Shown here piece after piece: positions 36,801-51,800 of a stretch of DNA of 64,000 nt (position 1 is its first letter; every line of letters begins with the position of its first letter). The stretch comes from Nemertoderma westbladi. Taxonomy: Eukaryota; Animalia; Xenacoelomorpha. Below the pieces are notes generated by a model. That model was not told the origin of the DNA. It saw only the letters and a program-made list of their open reading frames with translations, and did not search any database. The stretch spans positions 21,680 through 85,679 of the forward strand of contig JAUCBJ010006039.1 of assembly GCA_032718475.1 (NCBI GenBank). Direction: 5' to 3'. The position numbers were made by a program, and so were the translations under genes.

Positions 36801-39800
36801 TGTATTGGTTGAAATATAACCAATCATATAAGTAGAGGAGCGGTCTGAATTTGGGATGGAACTGCATTGTATTGGTTGAAATATAACCAATCATATAAGT
36901 AGAGGAGCAGTCTGAATTTGGGATGGAACTGCATTGTATTGGTTGAAATATAACCAATCATATAAGTAGAGGAGCAGTCTGAATTTGGGATGGAACTGCA
37001 TTGTATTGGTTGAAATATAACCAATCATATAAGTAGAGGAGCAGTCTGAATTTGGGATGGAACTGCATTGTATTGGTTGAAATATAACCAATCATATAAG
37101 TAGAGGAGCAGTCTGAATTTGGGATGGAACTGCATTGTATTGGTTGAAATATAACCAATCATATAAGTAGAGGAGCAGTCTGAATTTGGGATGGAACTGC
37201 ATTGTATTGGTTGAAATATAACCAATCATATAAGTAGAGGAGCAGTCTGAATTTGGGATGGAACTGCATTGTATTGGTTGAAATATAACCAATCATATAA
37301 GTAGAGGAGCAGTCTGAATTTGGGATGGAACTGCATTGTATTGGTTGAAATATAACCAATCATATAAGTAGAGGAGCAGTCTGAATTTGGGATGGAACTG
37401 CATTGTATTGGTTGAAATATAACCAATCATATAAGTAGAGGGGCAGTCTGAATTTGGGATGGAACTGCATTGTATTGGTTGAAATATAACCAATCATATA
37501 AGTAGAGGGGCAGTCTGAATTTGGGATAGAACTGCATTGTATTGGTTGAAATATAACCAATCATATAAGTAGAGGAGCGGTCTGAATTTGGGATAGAACT
37601 GCATTGTATTGGTAGAAATATAACCAATCATATAAGTAGAGGGGCAGTCTGAATTTGGGATGGAACTGCATTGTATTGGTTGAAATATAACCAATCATAT
37701 AAGTAGAGGAGCAGTCTGAATTTGGGATGGAACTGCATTGTATTGGTTGAAATATAACCAATCATATAAGTAGAGGAGCAGTCTGAATTTGGGATGGAAC
37801 TGCATTGTATTGGTTGAAATATAACCAATCATATAAGTAGAGGGGCAGTCTGAATTTGGGATGGAACTGCATTGTATTGGTTGAAATATAACCAATCATA
37901 TAAGTAGAGGGGCAGTCTGAATTTGGGATGGAACTGCATTGTATTGGTTGAAATATAACCAATCATATAAGTAGAGGAGCAGTCTGAATTTGGGATGGAA
38001 CTGCATTGTATTGGTTGAAATATAACCAATCATATAAGTAGAGGGGCAGTCTGAATTTGGGATGGAACTGCATTGTATTGGTTGAAATATAACCAATCAT
38101 ATAAGTAGAGGGGCAGTCTGAATTTGGGATGGAACTGCATTGTATTGGTTGAAATATAACCAATCATATAAGTAGAGGAGCGGTCTGAATTTGGGATGGA
38201 ACTGCATTGTATTGGTTGAAATATAACCAATCATATAAGTAGAGGAGCAGTCTGAATTTGGGATGGAACTGCATTGTATTGGTTGAAATATAACCAATCA
38301 TATAAGTAGAGGAGCAGTCTGAATTTGGGATGGAACTGCATTGTATTGGTTGAAATATAACCAATCATATAAGTAGAGGAGCAGTCTGAATTTGGGATAG
38401 AACTGCATTGTATTGGTTGAAATATAACCAATCATATAAGTAGAGGAGCAGTCTGAATTTGGGATGGAACTGCATTGTATTGGTTGAAATATAACCAATC
38501 ATATAAGTAGAGGGGCAGTCTGAATTTGGGATGGAACTGCATTGTATTGGTAGAAATATAACCAATCATATAAGTAGAGGGGCAGTCTGAATTTGGGATG
38601 GAACTGCATTGTATTGGTAGAAATATAACCAATCATATAAGTAGAGGGGCAGTCTGAATTTGGGATGGAACTGCATTGTATTGGTTGAAATATAACCAAT
38701 CATATAAGTAGAGGAGCAGTCTGAATTTGGGATAGAACTGCATTGTATTGGTTGAAATATAACCAATCATATAAGTAGAGGGGCAGTCTGAATTTGGGAT
38801 GGAACTGCATTGTATTGGTTGAAATATAACCAATCATATAAGTAGAGGGGCAGTCTGAATTTGGGATAGAACTGCATTGTATTGGTTGAAATATAACCAA
38901 TCATATAAGTAGAGGGGCAGTCTGAATTTGGGATGGAACTGCATTGTATTGGTTGAAATATAACCAATCATATAAGTAGAGGGGCAGTCTGAATTTGGGA
39001 TGGAACTGCATTGTATTGGTTGAAATATAACCAATCATATAAGTAGAGGGGCAGTCTGAATTTGGGATGGAACTGCATTGTATTGGTTGAAATATAACCA
39101 ATCATATAAGTAGAGGGGCAGTCTGAATTTGGGATAGAACTGCATTGTATTGGTTGAAATATAACCAATCATATAAGTAGAGGAGCGGTCTGAATTTGGG
39201 ATAGAACTGCATTGTATTGGTTGAAATATAACCAATCATATAAGTAGAGGAGCAGTCTGAATTTGGGATGGAACTGCATTGTATTGGTTGAAATATAACC
39301 AATCATATAAGTAGAGGAGCAGTCTGAATTTGGGATGGAACTGCATTGTATTGGTTGAAATATAACCAATCATATAAGTAGAGGAGCAGTCTGAATTTGG
39401 GATAGAACTGCATTGTATTGGTTGAAATATAACCAATCATATAAGTAGAGGAGCAGTCTTAATTTGGGATGGAACTGCATTGTATTGGTAGAAATATAAC
39501 CAATCATATAAGTAGAGGGGCAGTCTGAATTTGGGATAGAACTGCATTGTATTGGTTGAAATATAACCAATCATATAAGTAGAGGAGCAGTCTTAATTTG
39601 GGATGGAACTGCATTGTATTGGTAGAAATATAACCAATCATATAAGTAGAGGGGCAGTCTGAATTTGGGATAGAACTGCATTGTATTGGTTGAAATATAA
39701 CCAATCATATAAGTAGAGGAGCGGTCTGAATTTGGGATGGAACTGCATTGTATTGGTTGAAATATAACCAATCATATAAGTAGAGGAGCAGTCTGAATTT

Positions 39801-42800
39801 GGGATGGAACTGCATTGTATTGGTTGAAATATAACCAATCATATAAGTAGAGGGGCAGTCTGAATTTGGGATGGAACTGCATTGTATTGGTTGAAATATA
39901 ACCAATCATATAAGTAGAGGGGCAGTCTGAATTTGGGATGGAACTGCATTGTATTGGTAGAAATATAACCAATCATATAAGTAGAGGGGCAGTCTGAATT
40001 TGGGATGGAACTGCATTGTATTGGTTGAAATATAACCAATCATATAAGTAGAGGAGCAGTCTGAATTTGGGATGGACCTGCATTGTATTGGTTGAAATAT
40101 AACCAATCATATAAGTAGAGGAGCAGTCTGAATTTGGGATGGAACTGCATTGTATTGGTTGAAATATAACCAATCATATAAGTAGAGGAGCAGTCTGAAT
40201 TTGGGATAGAACTGCATTGTATTGGTTGAAATATAACCAATCATATAAGTAGAGGAGCAGTCTGAATTTGGGATGGAACTGCATTGTATTGGTTGAAATA
40301 TAACCAATCATATAAGTAGAGGAGCAGTCTGAATTTGGGATAGAACTGCATTGTATTGGTTGAAATATAACCAATCATATAAGTAGAGGAGCAGTCTGAA
40401 TTTGGGATGGAACTGCATTGTATTGGTTGAAATATAACCAATCATATAAGTAGAGGAGCAGTCTGAATTTGGGATAGAACTGCATTGTATTGGTTGAAAT
40501 ATAACCAATCATATAAGTAGAGGAGCAGTCTTAATTTGGGATGGAACTGCATTGTATTGGTAGAAATATAACCAATCATATAAGTAGAGGGGCAGTCTGA
40601 ATTTGGGATAGAACTGCATTGTATTGGTTGAAATATAACCAATCATATAAGTAGAGGGGCAGTCTGAATTTGGGATAGAACTGCATTGTATTGGTTGAAA
40701 TATAACCAATCATATAAGTAGAGGAGCAGTCTTAATTTGGGATGGAACTGCATTGTATTGGTAGAAATATAACCAATCATATAAGTAGAGGGGCAGTCTG
40801 AATTTGGGATAGAACTGCATTGTATTGGTTGAAATATAACCAATCATATAAGTAGAGGAGCGGTCTGAATTTGGGATGGAACTGCATTGTATTGGTTGAA
40901 ATATAACCAATCATATAAGTAGAGGAGCAGTCTGAATTTGGGATGGAACTGCATTGTATTGGTTGAAATATAACCAATCATATAAGTAGAGGGGCAGTCT
41001 GAATTTGGGATGGAACTGCATTGTATTGGTTGAAATATAACCAATCATATAAGTAGAGGGGCAGTCTGAATTTGGGATGGAACTGCATTGTATTGGTAGA
41101 AATATAACCAATCATATAAGTAGAGGGGCAGTCTGAATTTGGGATGGAACTGCATTGTATTGGTTGAAATATAACCAATCATATAAGTAGAGGAGCAGTC
41201 TGAATTTGGGATGGACCTGCATTGTATTGGTTGAAATATAACCAATCATATAAGTAGAGGAGCAGTCTGAATTTGGGATGGAACTGCATTGTATTGGTTG
41301 AAATATAACCAATCATATAAGTAGAGGAGCAGTCTGAATTTGGGATGGAACTGCATTGTATTGGTTGAAATATAACCAATCATATAAGTAGAGGAGCAGT
41401 CTGAATTTGGGATGGAACTGCATTGTATTGGTTGAAATATAACCAATCATATAAGTAGAGGGGCAGTCTGAATTTGGGATGGAACTGCATTGTATTGGTA
41501 GAAATATAACCAATCATATAAGTAGAGGGGCAGTCTGAATTTGGGATGGAACTGCATTGTATTGGTAGAAATATAACCAATCATATAAGTAGAGCGGCAG
41601 TCTGAATTTGGGATAGAACTGCATTGTATTGGTTGAAATATAACCAATCATATAAGTAGAGGAGCAGTCTGAATTTGGGATGGAACTGCATTGTATTGGT
41701 TGAAATATAACCAATCATATAAGTAGAGCGGCAGTCTGAATTTGGGATAGAACTGCATTGTATTGGTTGAAATATAACCAATCATATAAGTAGAGGGGCA
41801 GTCTGAATTTGGGATAGAACTGCATTGTATTGGTTGAAATATAACCAATCATATAAGTAGAGGGGCAGTCTGAATTTGGGATAGAACTGCATTGTATTGG
41901 TTGAAATATAACCAATCATATAAGTAGAGGAGCAGTCTGAATTTGGGATGGAACTGCATTGTATTGGTTGAAATATAACCAATCATATAAGTAGAGGAGC
42001 AGTCTGAATTTGGGATGGAACTGCATTGTATTGGTTGAAATATAACCAATCATATAAGTAGAGGGGCAGTCTGAATTTGGGATAGAACTGCATTGTATTG
42101 GTTGAAATATAACCAATCATATAAGTAGAGGAGCGGTCTGAATTTGGGATGGAACTGCATTGTATTGGTTGAAATATAACCAATCATATAAGTAGAGGGG
42201 CAGTCTGAATTTGGGATGGAACTGCATTGTATTGGTTGAAATATAACCAATCATATAAGTAGAGGAGCAGTCTGAATTTGGGATGGAACTGCATTGTATT
42301 GGTTGAAATATAACCAATCATATAAGTAGAGGGGCAGTCTGAATTTGGGATAGAACTGCATTGTATTGGTTGAAATATAACCAATCATATAAGTAGAGGA
42401 GCGGTCTGAATTTGGGATGGAACTGCATTGTATTGGTTGAAATATAACCAATCATATAAGTAGAGGGGCAGTCTGAATTTGGGATAGAACTGCATTGTAT
42501 TGGTTGAAATATAACCAATCATATAAGTAGAGGAGCGGTCTGAATTTGGGATGGAACTGCATTGTATTGGTTGAAATATAACCAATCATATAAGTAGAGG
42601 GGCAGTCTGAATTTGGGATGGAACTGCATTGTATTGGTTGAAATATAACCAATCATATAAGTAGAGGGGCAGTCTGAATTTGGGATGGAACTGCATTGTA
42701 TTGGTTGAAATATAACCAATCATATAAGTAGAGGAGCAGTCTGAATTTGGGATGGAACTGCATTGTATTGGTAGAAATATAACCAATCATATAAGTAGAG

Positions 42801-45800
42801 GGGCAGTCTGAATTTGGGATGGAACTGCATTGTATTGGTTGAAATATAACCAATCATATAAGTAGAGGAGCAGTCTGAATTTGGGATGGAACTGCATTGT
42901 ATTGGTTGAAATATAACCAATCATATAAGTAGAGGAGCAGTCTGAATTTGGGATGGAACTGCATTGTATTGGTTGAAATATAACCAATCATATAAGTAGA
43001 GGAGCAGTCTGAATTTGGGATGGACCTGCATTGTATTGGTTGAAATATAACCAATCATATAAGTAGAGGAGCAGTCTGAATTTGGGATGGAACTGCATTG
43101 TATTGGTTGAAATATAACCAATCATATAAGTAGAGGAGCAGTCTGAATTTGGGATGGAACTGCATTGTATTGGTTGAAATATAACCAATCATATAAGTAG
43201 AGGAGCAGTCTGAATTTGGGATGGAACTGCATTGTATTGGTTGAAATATAACCAATCATATAAGTAGAGGGGCAGTCTGAATTTGGGATAGAACTGCATT
43301 GTATTGGTTGAAATATAACCAATCATATAAGTAGAGGGGCAGTCTGAATTTGGGATAGAACTGCATTGTATTGGTTGAAATATAACCAATCATATAAGTA
43401 GAGGAGCAGTCTGAATTTGGGATGGAACTGCATTGTATTGGTAGAAATATAACCAATCATATAAGTAGAGGGGCAGTCTGAATTTGGGATGGAACTGCAT
43501 TGTATTGGTAGAAATATAACCAATCATATAAGTAGAGGGGCAGTCTGAATTTGGGATGGAACTGCATTGTATTGGTTGAAATATAACCAATCATATAAGT
43601 AGAGGAGCAGTCTGAATTTGGGATGGAACTGCATTGTATTGGTTGAAATATAACCAATCATATAAGTAGAGGGGCAGTCTGAATTTGGGATGGAACTGCA
43701 TTGTATTGGTTGAAATATAACCAATCATATAAGTAGAGGGGCAGTCTGAATTTGGGATAGAACTGCATTGTATTGGTTGAAATATAACCAATCATATAAG
43801 TAGAGGAGCAGTCTGAATTTGGGATGGAACTGCATTGTATTGGTAGAAATATAACCAATCATATAAGTAGAGGGGCAGTCTGAATTTGGGATGGAACTGC
43901 ATTGTATTGGTAGAAATATAACCAATCATATAAGTAGAGGAGCAGTCTGAATTTGGGATGGAACTGCATTGTATTGGTTGAAATATAACCAATCATATAA
44001 GTAGAGGAGCAGTCTGAATTTGGGATGGACCTGCATTGTATTGGTTGAAATATAACCAATCATATAAGTAGAGGAGCAGTCTGAATTTGGGATGGAACTG
44101 CATTGTATTGGTTGAAATATAACCAATCATATAAGTAGAGGAGCAGTCTGAATTTGGGATGGACCTGCATTGTATTGGTTGAAATATAACCAATCATATA
44201 AGTAGAGGAGCAGTCTGAATTTGGGATGGAACTGCATTGTATTGGTTGAAATATAACCAATCATATAAGTAGAGGAGCAGTCTGAATTTGGGATGGAACT
44301 GCATTGTATTGGTTGAAATATAACCAATCATATAAGTAGAGTGGCAGTCTGAATTTGGGATGGAACTGCATTGTATTGGTTGAAATATAACCAATCATAT
44401 AAGTAGAGGAGCAGTCTGAATTTGGGATGGAACTGCATTGTATTGGTAGAAATATAACCAATCATATAAGTAGAGGGGCAGTCTGAATTTGGGATGGAAC
44501 TGCATTGTATTGGTTGAAATATAACCAATCATATAAGTAGAGGAGCAGTCTGAATTTGGGATGGACCTGCATTGTATTGGTTGAAATATAACCAATCATA
44601 TAAGTAGAGGAGCAGTCTGAATTTGGGATGGAACTGCATTGTATTGGTTGAAATATAACCAATCATATAAGTAGAGGAGCAGTCTGAATTTGGGATGGAC
44701 CTGCATTGTATTGGTTGAAATATAACCAATCATATAAGTAGAGGAGCAGTCTGAATTTGGGATAGAACTGCATTGTATTGGTTGAAATATAACCAATCAT
44801 ATAAGTAGAGGAGCAGTCTGAATTTGGGATGGAACTGCATTGTAATGGTAGAAATATAACCAATCATATAAGTAGAGGAGCAGTCTGAATTTGGGATGGA
44901 ACTGCATTGTATTGGTTGAAATATAACCAATCATATAAGTAGAGGAGCAGTCTGAATTTGGGATGGAACTGCATTGTATTGGTAGAAATATAACCAATCA
45001 TATAAGTAGAGGAGCAGTCTGAATTTGGGATAGAACTGCATTGTATTGGTTGAAATATAACCAATCATATAAGTAGAGGGGCAGTCTGAATTTGGGATGG
45101 AACTGCATTGTATTGGTAGAAATATAACCAATCATATAAGTAGAGGGGCAGTCTGAATTTGGGATGGAACTGCATTGTATTGGTTGAAATATAACCAATC
45201 ATATAAGTAGAGGGGCAGTCTGAATTTGGGATGGAACTGCATTGTATTGGTTGAAATATAACCAATCATATAAGTAGAGGGGCAGTCTGAATTTGGGATG
45301 GAACTGCATTGTATTGGTTGAAATATAACCAATCATATAAGTAGAGGAGCAGTCTGAATTTGGGATGGAACTGCATTGTAATGGTAGAAATATAACCAAT
45401 CATATAAGTAGAGGAGCAGTCTGAATTTGGGATGGAACTGCATTGTATTGGTTGAAATATAACCAATCATATAAGTAGAGGGGCAGTCTGAATTTGGGAT
45501 AGAACTGCATTGTATTGGTTGAAATATAACCAATCATATAAGTAGAGGGGCAGTCTGAATTTGGGATAGAACTGCATTGTATTGGTAGAAATATAACCAA
45601 TCATATAAGTAGAGGAGCAGTCTGAATTTGGGATGGAACTGCATTGTATTGGTTGAAATATAACCAATCATATAAGTAGAGGAGCGGTCTGAATTTGGGA
45701 TGGAACTGCATTGTATTGGTTGAAATATAACCAATCATATAAGTAGAGGAGCAGTCTGAATTTGGGATGGAACTGCATTGTATTGGTAGAAATATAACCA

Positions 45801-48800
45801 ATCATATAAGTAGAGGAGCAGTCTGAATTTGGGATGGAACTGCATTGTATTGGTTGAAATATAACCAATCATATAAGTAGAGGAGCAGTCTGAATTTGGG
45901 ATGGAACTGCATTGTATTGGTTGAAATATAACCAATCATATAAGTAGAGGGGCAGTCTGAATTTGGGATAGAACTGCATTGTATTGGTTGAAATATAACC
46001 AATCATATAAGTAGAGGGGCAGTCTGAATTTGGGATAGAACTGCATTGTATTGGTAGAAATATAACCAATCATATAAGTAGAGGAGCAGTCTGAATTTGG
46101 GATGGAACTGCATTGTATTGGTTGAAATATAACCAATCATATAAGTAGAGGAGCGGTCTGAATTTGGGATGGAACTGCATTGTATTGGTTGAAATATAAC
46201 CAATCATATAAGTAGAGGAGCAGTCTGAATTTGGGATGGAACTGCATTGTATTGGTAGAAATATAACCAATCATATAAGTAGAGGAGCAGTCTGAATTTG
46301 GGATGGAACTGCTTTGTATTGGTTGAAATATAACCAATCATATAAGTAGAGGAGCAGTCTGAATTTGGGATGGAACTGCATTGTATTGGTTGAAATATAA
46401 CCAATCATATAAGTAGAGGGGCAGTCTGAATTTGGGATAGAACTGCATTGTATTGGTTGAAATATAACCAATCATATAAGTAGAGGGGCAGTCTGAATTT
46501 GGGATAGAACTGCATTGTATTGGTTGAAATATAACCAATCATATAAGTAGAGGGGCAGTCTGAATTTGGGATAGAACTGCATTGTATTGGTTGAAATATA
46601 ACCAATCATATAAGTAGAGGGGCAGTCTGAATTTGGGATAGAACTGCATTGTATTGGTTGAAATATAACCAATCATATAAGTAGAGGGGCAGTCTGAATT
46701 TGGGATAGAACTGCATTGTATTGGTTGAAATATAACCAATCATATAAGTAGAGGAGCAGTCTGAATTTGGGATGGAACTGCATTGTTTTGGTTGAAATAT
46801 AACCAATCATATAAGTAGAGGAGCAGTCTGAATTTGGGATGGAACTGCATTGTATTGGTAGAAATATAACCAATCATATAAGTAGAGGGGCAGTCTGAAT
46901 TTGGGATAGAACTGCATTGTATTGGTTGAAATATAACCAATCATATAAGTAGAGGGGCAGTCTGAATTTGGGATGGAACTGCATTGTTTTGGTTGAAATA
47001 TAACCAATCATATAAGTAGAGGAGCAGTCTGAATTTGGGATGGAACTGCATTGTATTGGTTGAAATATAACCAATCATATAAGTAGAGGAGCAGTCTGAA
47101 TTTGGGATAGAACTGCATTGTAATGGTTGAAATATAACCAATCATATAAGTAGAGGAGCAGTCTGAATTTGGGATAGAACTGCATTGTATTGGTAGAAAT
47201 ATAACCAATCATATAAGTAGAGGGGCAGTCTGAATTTGGGATAGAACTGCATTGTATTGGTTGAAATATAACCAATCATATAAGTAGAGGGGCAGTCTGA
47301 ATTTGGGATGGAACTGCATTGTTTTGGTTGAAATATAACCAATCATATAAGTAGAGGAGCAGTCTGAATTTGGGATGGAACTGCATTGTATTGGTTGAAA
47401 TATAACCAATCATATAAGTAGAGGAGCAGTCTGAATTTGGGATAGAACTGCATTGTAATGGTTGAAATATAACCAATCATATAAGTAGAGGAGCAGTCTG
47501 AATTTGGGATAGAACTGCATTGTATTGGTAGAAATATAACCAATCATATAAGTAGAGGAGCAGTCTGAATTTGGGATGGAACTGCATTGTATTGGTTGAA
47601 ATATAACCAATCATATAAGTAGAGGAGCAGTCTGAATTTGGGATAGAACTGCATTGTAATGGTTGAAATATAACCAATCATATAAGTAGAGGAGCAGTCT
47701 GAATTTGGGATAGAACTGCATTGTAATGGTTGAAATATAACCAATCATATAAGTAGAGGAGCAGTCTGAATTTGGGATGGACCTGCATTGTAATGGTTGA
47801 AATATAACCAATCATATAAGTAGAGGAGCAGTCTGAATTTGGGATAGAACTGCATTGTATTGGTTGAAATATAACCAATCATATAAGTAGAGGGGCAGTC
47901 TGAATTTGGGATGGAACTGCATTGTATTGGTAGAAATATAACCAATCATATAAGTAGAGGGGCAGTCTGAATTTGGGATAGAACTGCATTGTAATGGTTG
48001 AAATATAACCAATCATATAAGTAGAGGAGCAGTCTGAATTTGGGATAGAACTGCATTGTAATGGTTGAAATATAACCAATCATATAAGTAGAGGAGCAGT
48101 CTGAATTTGGGATAGAACTGCATTGTAATGGTTGAAATATAACCAATCATATAAGTAGAGGAGCAGTCTGAATTTGGGATAGAACTGCATTGTATTGGTA
48201 GAAATATAACCAATCATATAAGTAGAGGAGCAGTCTGAATTTGGGATAGAACTGCATTGTATTGGTTGAAATATAACCAATCATATAAGTAGAGGGGCAG
48301 TCTGAATTTGGGATGGAACTGCATTGTATTGGTTGAAATATAACCAATCATATAAGTAGAGGGGCAGTCTGAATTTGGGATGGAACTGCATTGTAATGGT
48401 AGAAATATAACCAATCATATAAGTAGAGGAGCAGTCTGAATTTGGGATAGAACTGCATTGTATTGGTTGAAATATAACCAATCATATAAGTAGAGGGGCA
48501 GTCTGAATTTGGGATGGAACTGCATTGTATTGGTTGAAATATAACCAATCATATAAGTAGAGGAGCAGTCTGAATTTGGGATAGAACTGCATTGTATTGG
48601 TTGAAATATAACCAATCATATAAGTAGAGGGGCAGTCTGAATTTGGGATGGAACTGCATTGTATTGGTTGAAATATAACCAATCATATAAGTAGAGGGGC
48701 AGTCTGAATTTGGGATGGAACTGCATTGTATTGGTAGAAATATAACCAATCATATAAGTAGAGGAGCAGTCTGAATTTGGGATAGAACTGCATTGTATTG

Positions 48801-51800
48801 GTTGAAATATAACCAATCATATAAGTAGAGGGGCAGTCTGAATTTGGGATAGAACTGCATTGTATTGGTTGAAATATAACCAATCATATAAGTAGAGGAG
48901 CAGTCTGAATTTGGGATGGAACTGCATTGTATTGGTTGAAATATAACCAATCATATAAGTAGAGGGGCAGTCTGAATTTGGGATGGAACTGCATTGTATT
49001 GGTTGAAATATAACCAATCATATAAGTAGAGGGGCAGTCTGAATTTGGGATGGAACTGCATTGTATTGGTAGAAATATAACCAATCATATAAGTAGAGGA
49101 GCAGTCTGAATTTGGGATGGAACTGCATTGTATTGGTTGAAATATAACCAATCATATAAGTAGAGGGGCAGTCTGAATTTGGGATGGAACTGCATTGTAT
49201 TGGTTGAAATATAACCAATCATATAAGTAGAGGAGCAGTCTGAATTTGGGATGGAACTGCATTGTATTGGTTGAAATATAACCAATCATATAAGTAGAGG
49301 AGCAGTCTGAATTTGGGATAGAACTGCATTGTATTGGTTGAAATATAACCAATCATATAAGTAGAGGAGCAGTCTGAATTTGGGATGGAACTGCATTGTA
49401 TTGGTTGAAATATAACCAATCATATAAGTAGAGGGGCAGTCTGAATTTGGGATGGAACTGCATTGTATTGGTTGAAATATAACCAATCATATAAGTAGAG
49501 GAGCAGTCTGAATTTGGGATGGAACTGCATTGTATTGGTTGAAATATAACCAATCATATAAGTAGAGGAGCAGTCTGAATTTGGGATGGAACTGGTTTGT
49601 ATTGGTTGAAATATAACCAATCATATAAGTAGAGGAGCAGTCTGAATTTGGGATGGAACTGGTTTGTATTGGTTGAAATATAACCAATCATATAAGTAGA
49701 GGGGCAGTCTGAATTTGGGATGGAACTGGTTTGTATTGGTTGAAATATAACCAATCATATAAGTAGAGGAGCAGTCTGAATTTGGGATGGAACTGGTTTG
49801 TATTGGTTGAAATATAACCAATCATATAAGTAGAGGAGCAGTCTGAATTTGGGATGGAACTCCATTTTAATGGTTGAAATATAACCAATCATATAAGTAG
49901 AGGGGCAGTCTGAATTTGGGATGGAACTGCATTGTATTGGTTGAAATATAACCAATCATATAAGTAGAGGGGCAGTCTGAATTTGGGATGGAACTGCATT
50001 GTATTGGTTGAAATATAACCAATCATATAAGTAGAGGAGCAGTCTGAATTTGGGATGGAACTCCATTTTAATGGTTGAAATATAACCAATCATATAAGTA
50101 GAGGGGCAGTCTGAATTTGGGATGGAACTGCATTGTATTGGTTGAAATATAACCAATCATATAAGTAGAGGGGCAGTCTGAATTTGGGATGGAACTGCAT
50201 TGTATTGGTTGAAATATAACCAATCATATAAGTAGAGCGGCAGTCTGAATTTGGGATGGAACTGCATTGTATTGGTTGAAATATAACCAATCATATAAGT
50301 AGAGGAGCAGTCTGAATTTGGGATGGAACTCCATTTTAATGGTTGAAATATAACCAATCATATAAGTAGAGGGGCAGTCTGAATTTGGGATGGAACTGCA
50401 TTGTATTGGTTGAAATATAACCAATCATATAAGTAGAGGGGCAGTCTGAATTTGGGATGGAACTGCATTGTATTGGTTGAAATATAACCAATCATATAAG
50501 TAGAGGAGCAGTCTGAATTTGGGATGGAACTGCATTGTATTGGTTGAAATATAACCAATCATATAAGTAGAGGGGCAGTCTGAATTTGGGATGGAACTGC
50601 ATTGTATTGGTTGAAATATAACCAATCATATAAGTAGAGGAGCGGTCTGAATTTGGGATGGAACTGCATTGTATTGGTTGAAATATAACCAATCATATAA
50701 GTAGAGGAGCAGTCTGAATTTGGGATGGAACTCCATTTTAATGGTTGAAATATAACCAATCATATAAGTAGAGGGGCAGTCTGAATTTGGGATGGAACTG
50801 CATTGTATTGGTTGAAATATAACCAATCATATAAGTAGAGGGGCAGTCTGAATTTGGGATGGAACTGCATTGTATTGGTTGAAATATAACCAATCATATA
50901 AGTAGAGGAGCAGTCTGAATTTGGGATGGAACTCCATTTTAATGGTTGAAATATAACCAATCATATAAGTAGAGGGGCAGTCTGAATTTGGGATGGAACT
51001 GCATTGTATTGGTTGAAATATAACCAATCATATAAGTAGAGGAGCAGTCTGAATTTGGGATGGAACTCCATTTTAATGGTTGAAATATAACCAATCATAT
51101 AAGTAGAGGGGCAGTCTGAATTTGGGATGGAACTGCATTGTATTGGTTGAAATATAACCAATCATATAAGTAGAGGGGCAGTCTGAATTTGGGATGGAAC
51201 TGCATTGTATTGGTTGAAATATAACCAATCATATAAGTAGAGGGGCAGTCTGAATTTGGGATGGAACTGCATTGTATTGGTTGAAATATAACCAATCATA
51301 TAAGTAGAGGAGCGGTCTGAATTTGGGATGGAACTGCATTGTATTGGTTGAAATATAACCAATCATATAAGTAGAGGAGCAGTCTGAATTTGGGATGGAA
51401 CTCCATTTTAATGGTTGAAATATAACCAATCATATAAGTAGAGGGGCAGTCTGAATTTGGGATGGAACTGCATTGTATTGGTTGAAATATAACCAATCAT
51501 ATAAGTAGAGGAGCAGTCTGAATTTGGGATGGAACTGCATTGTATTGGTTGAAATATAACCAATCATATAAGTAGAGGGGCAGTCTGAATTTGGGATGGA
51601 ACTGCATTGTATTGGTTGAAATATAACCAATCATATAAGTAGAGGAGCAGTCTGAATTTGGGATGGAACTCCATTTTAATGGTTGAAATATAACCAATCA
51701 TATAAGTAGAGGGGCAGTCTGAATTTGGGATGGAACTGCATTGTATTGGTTGAAATATAACCAATCATATAAGTAGAGCGGCAGTCTGAATTTGGGATGG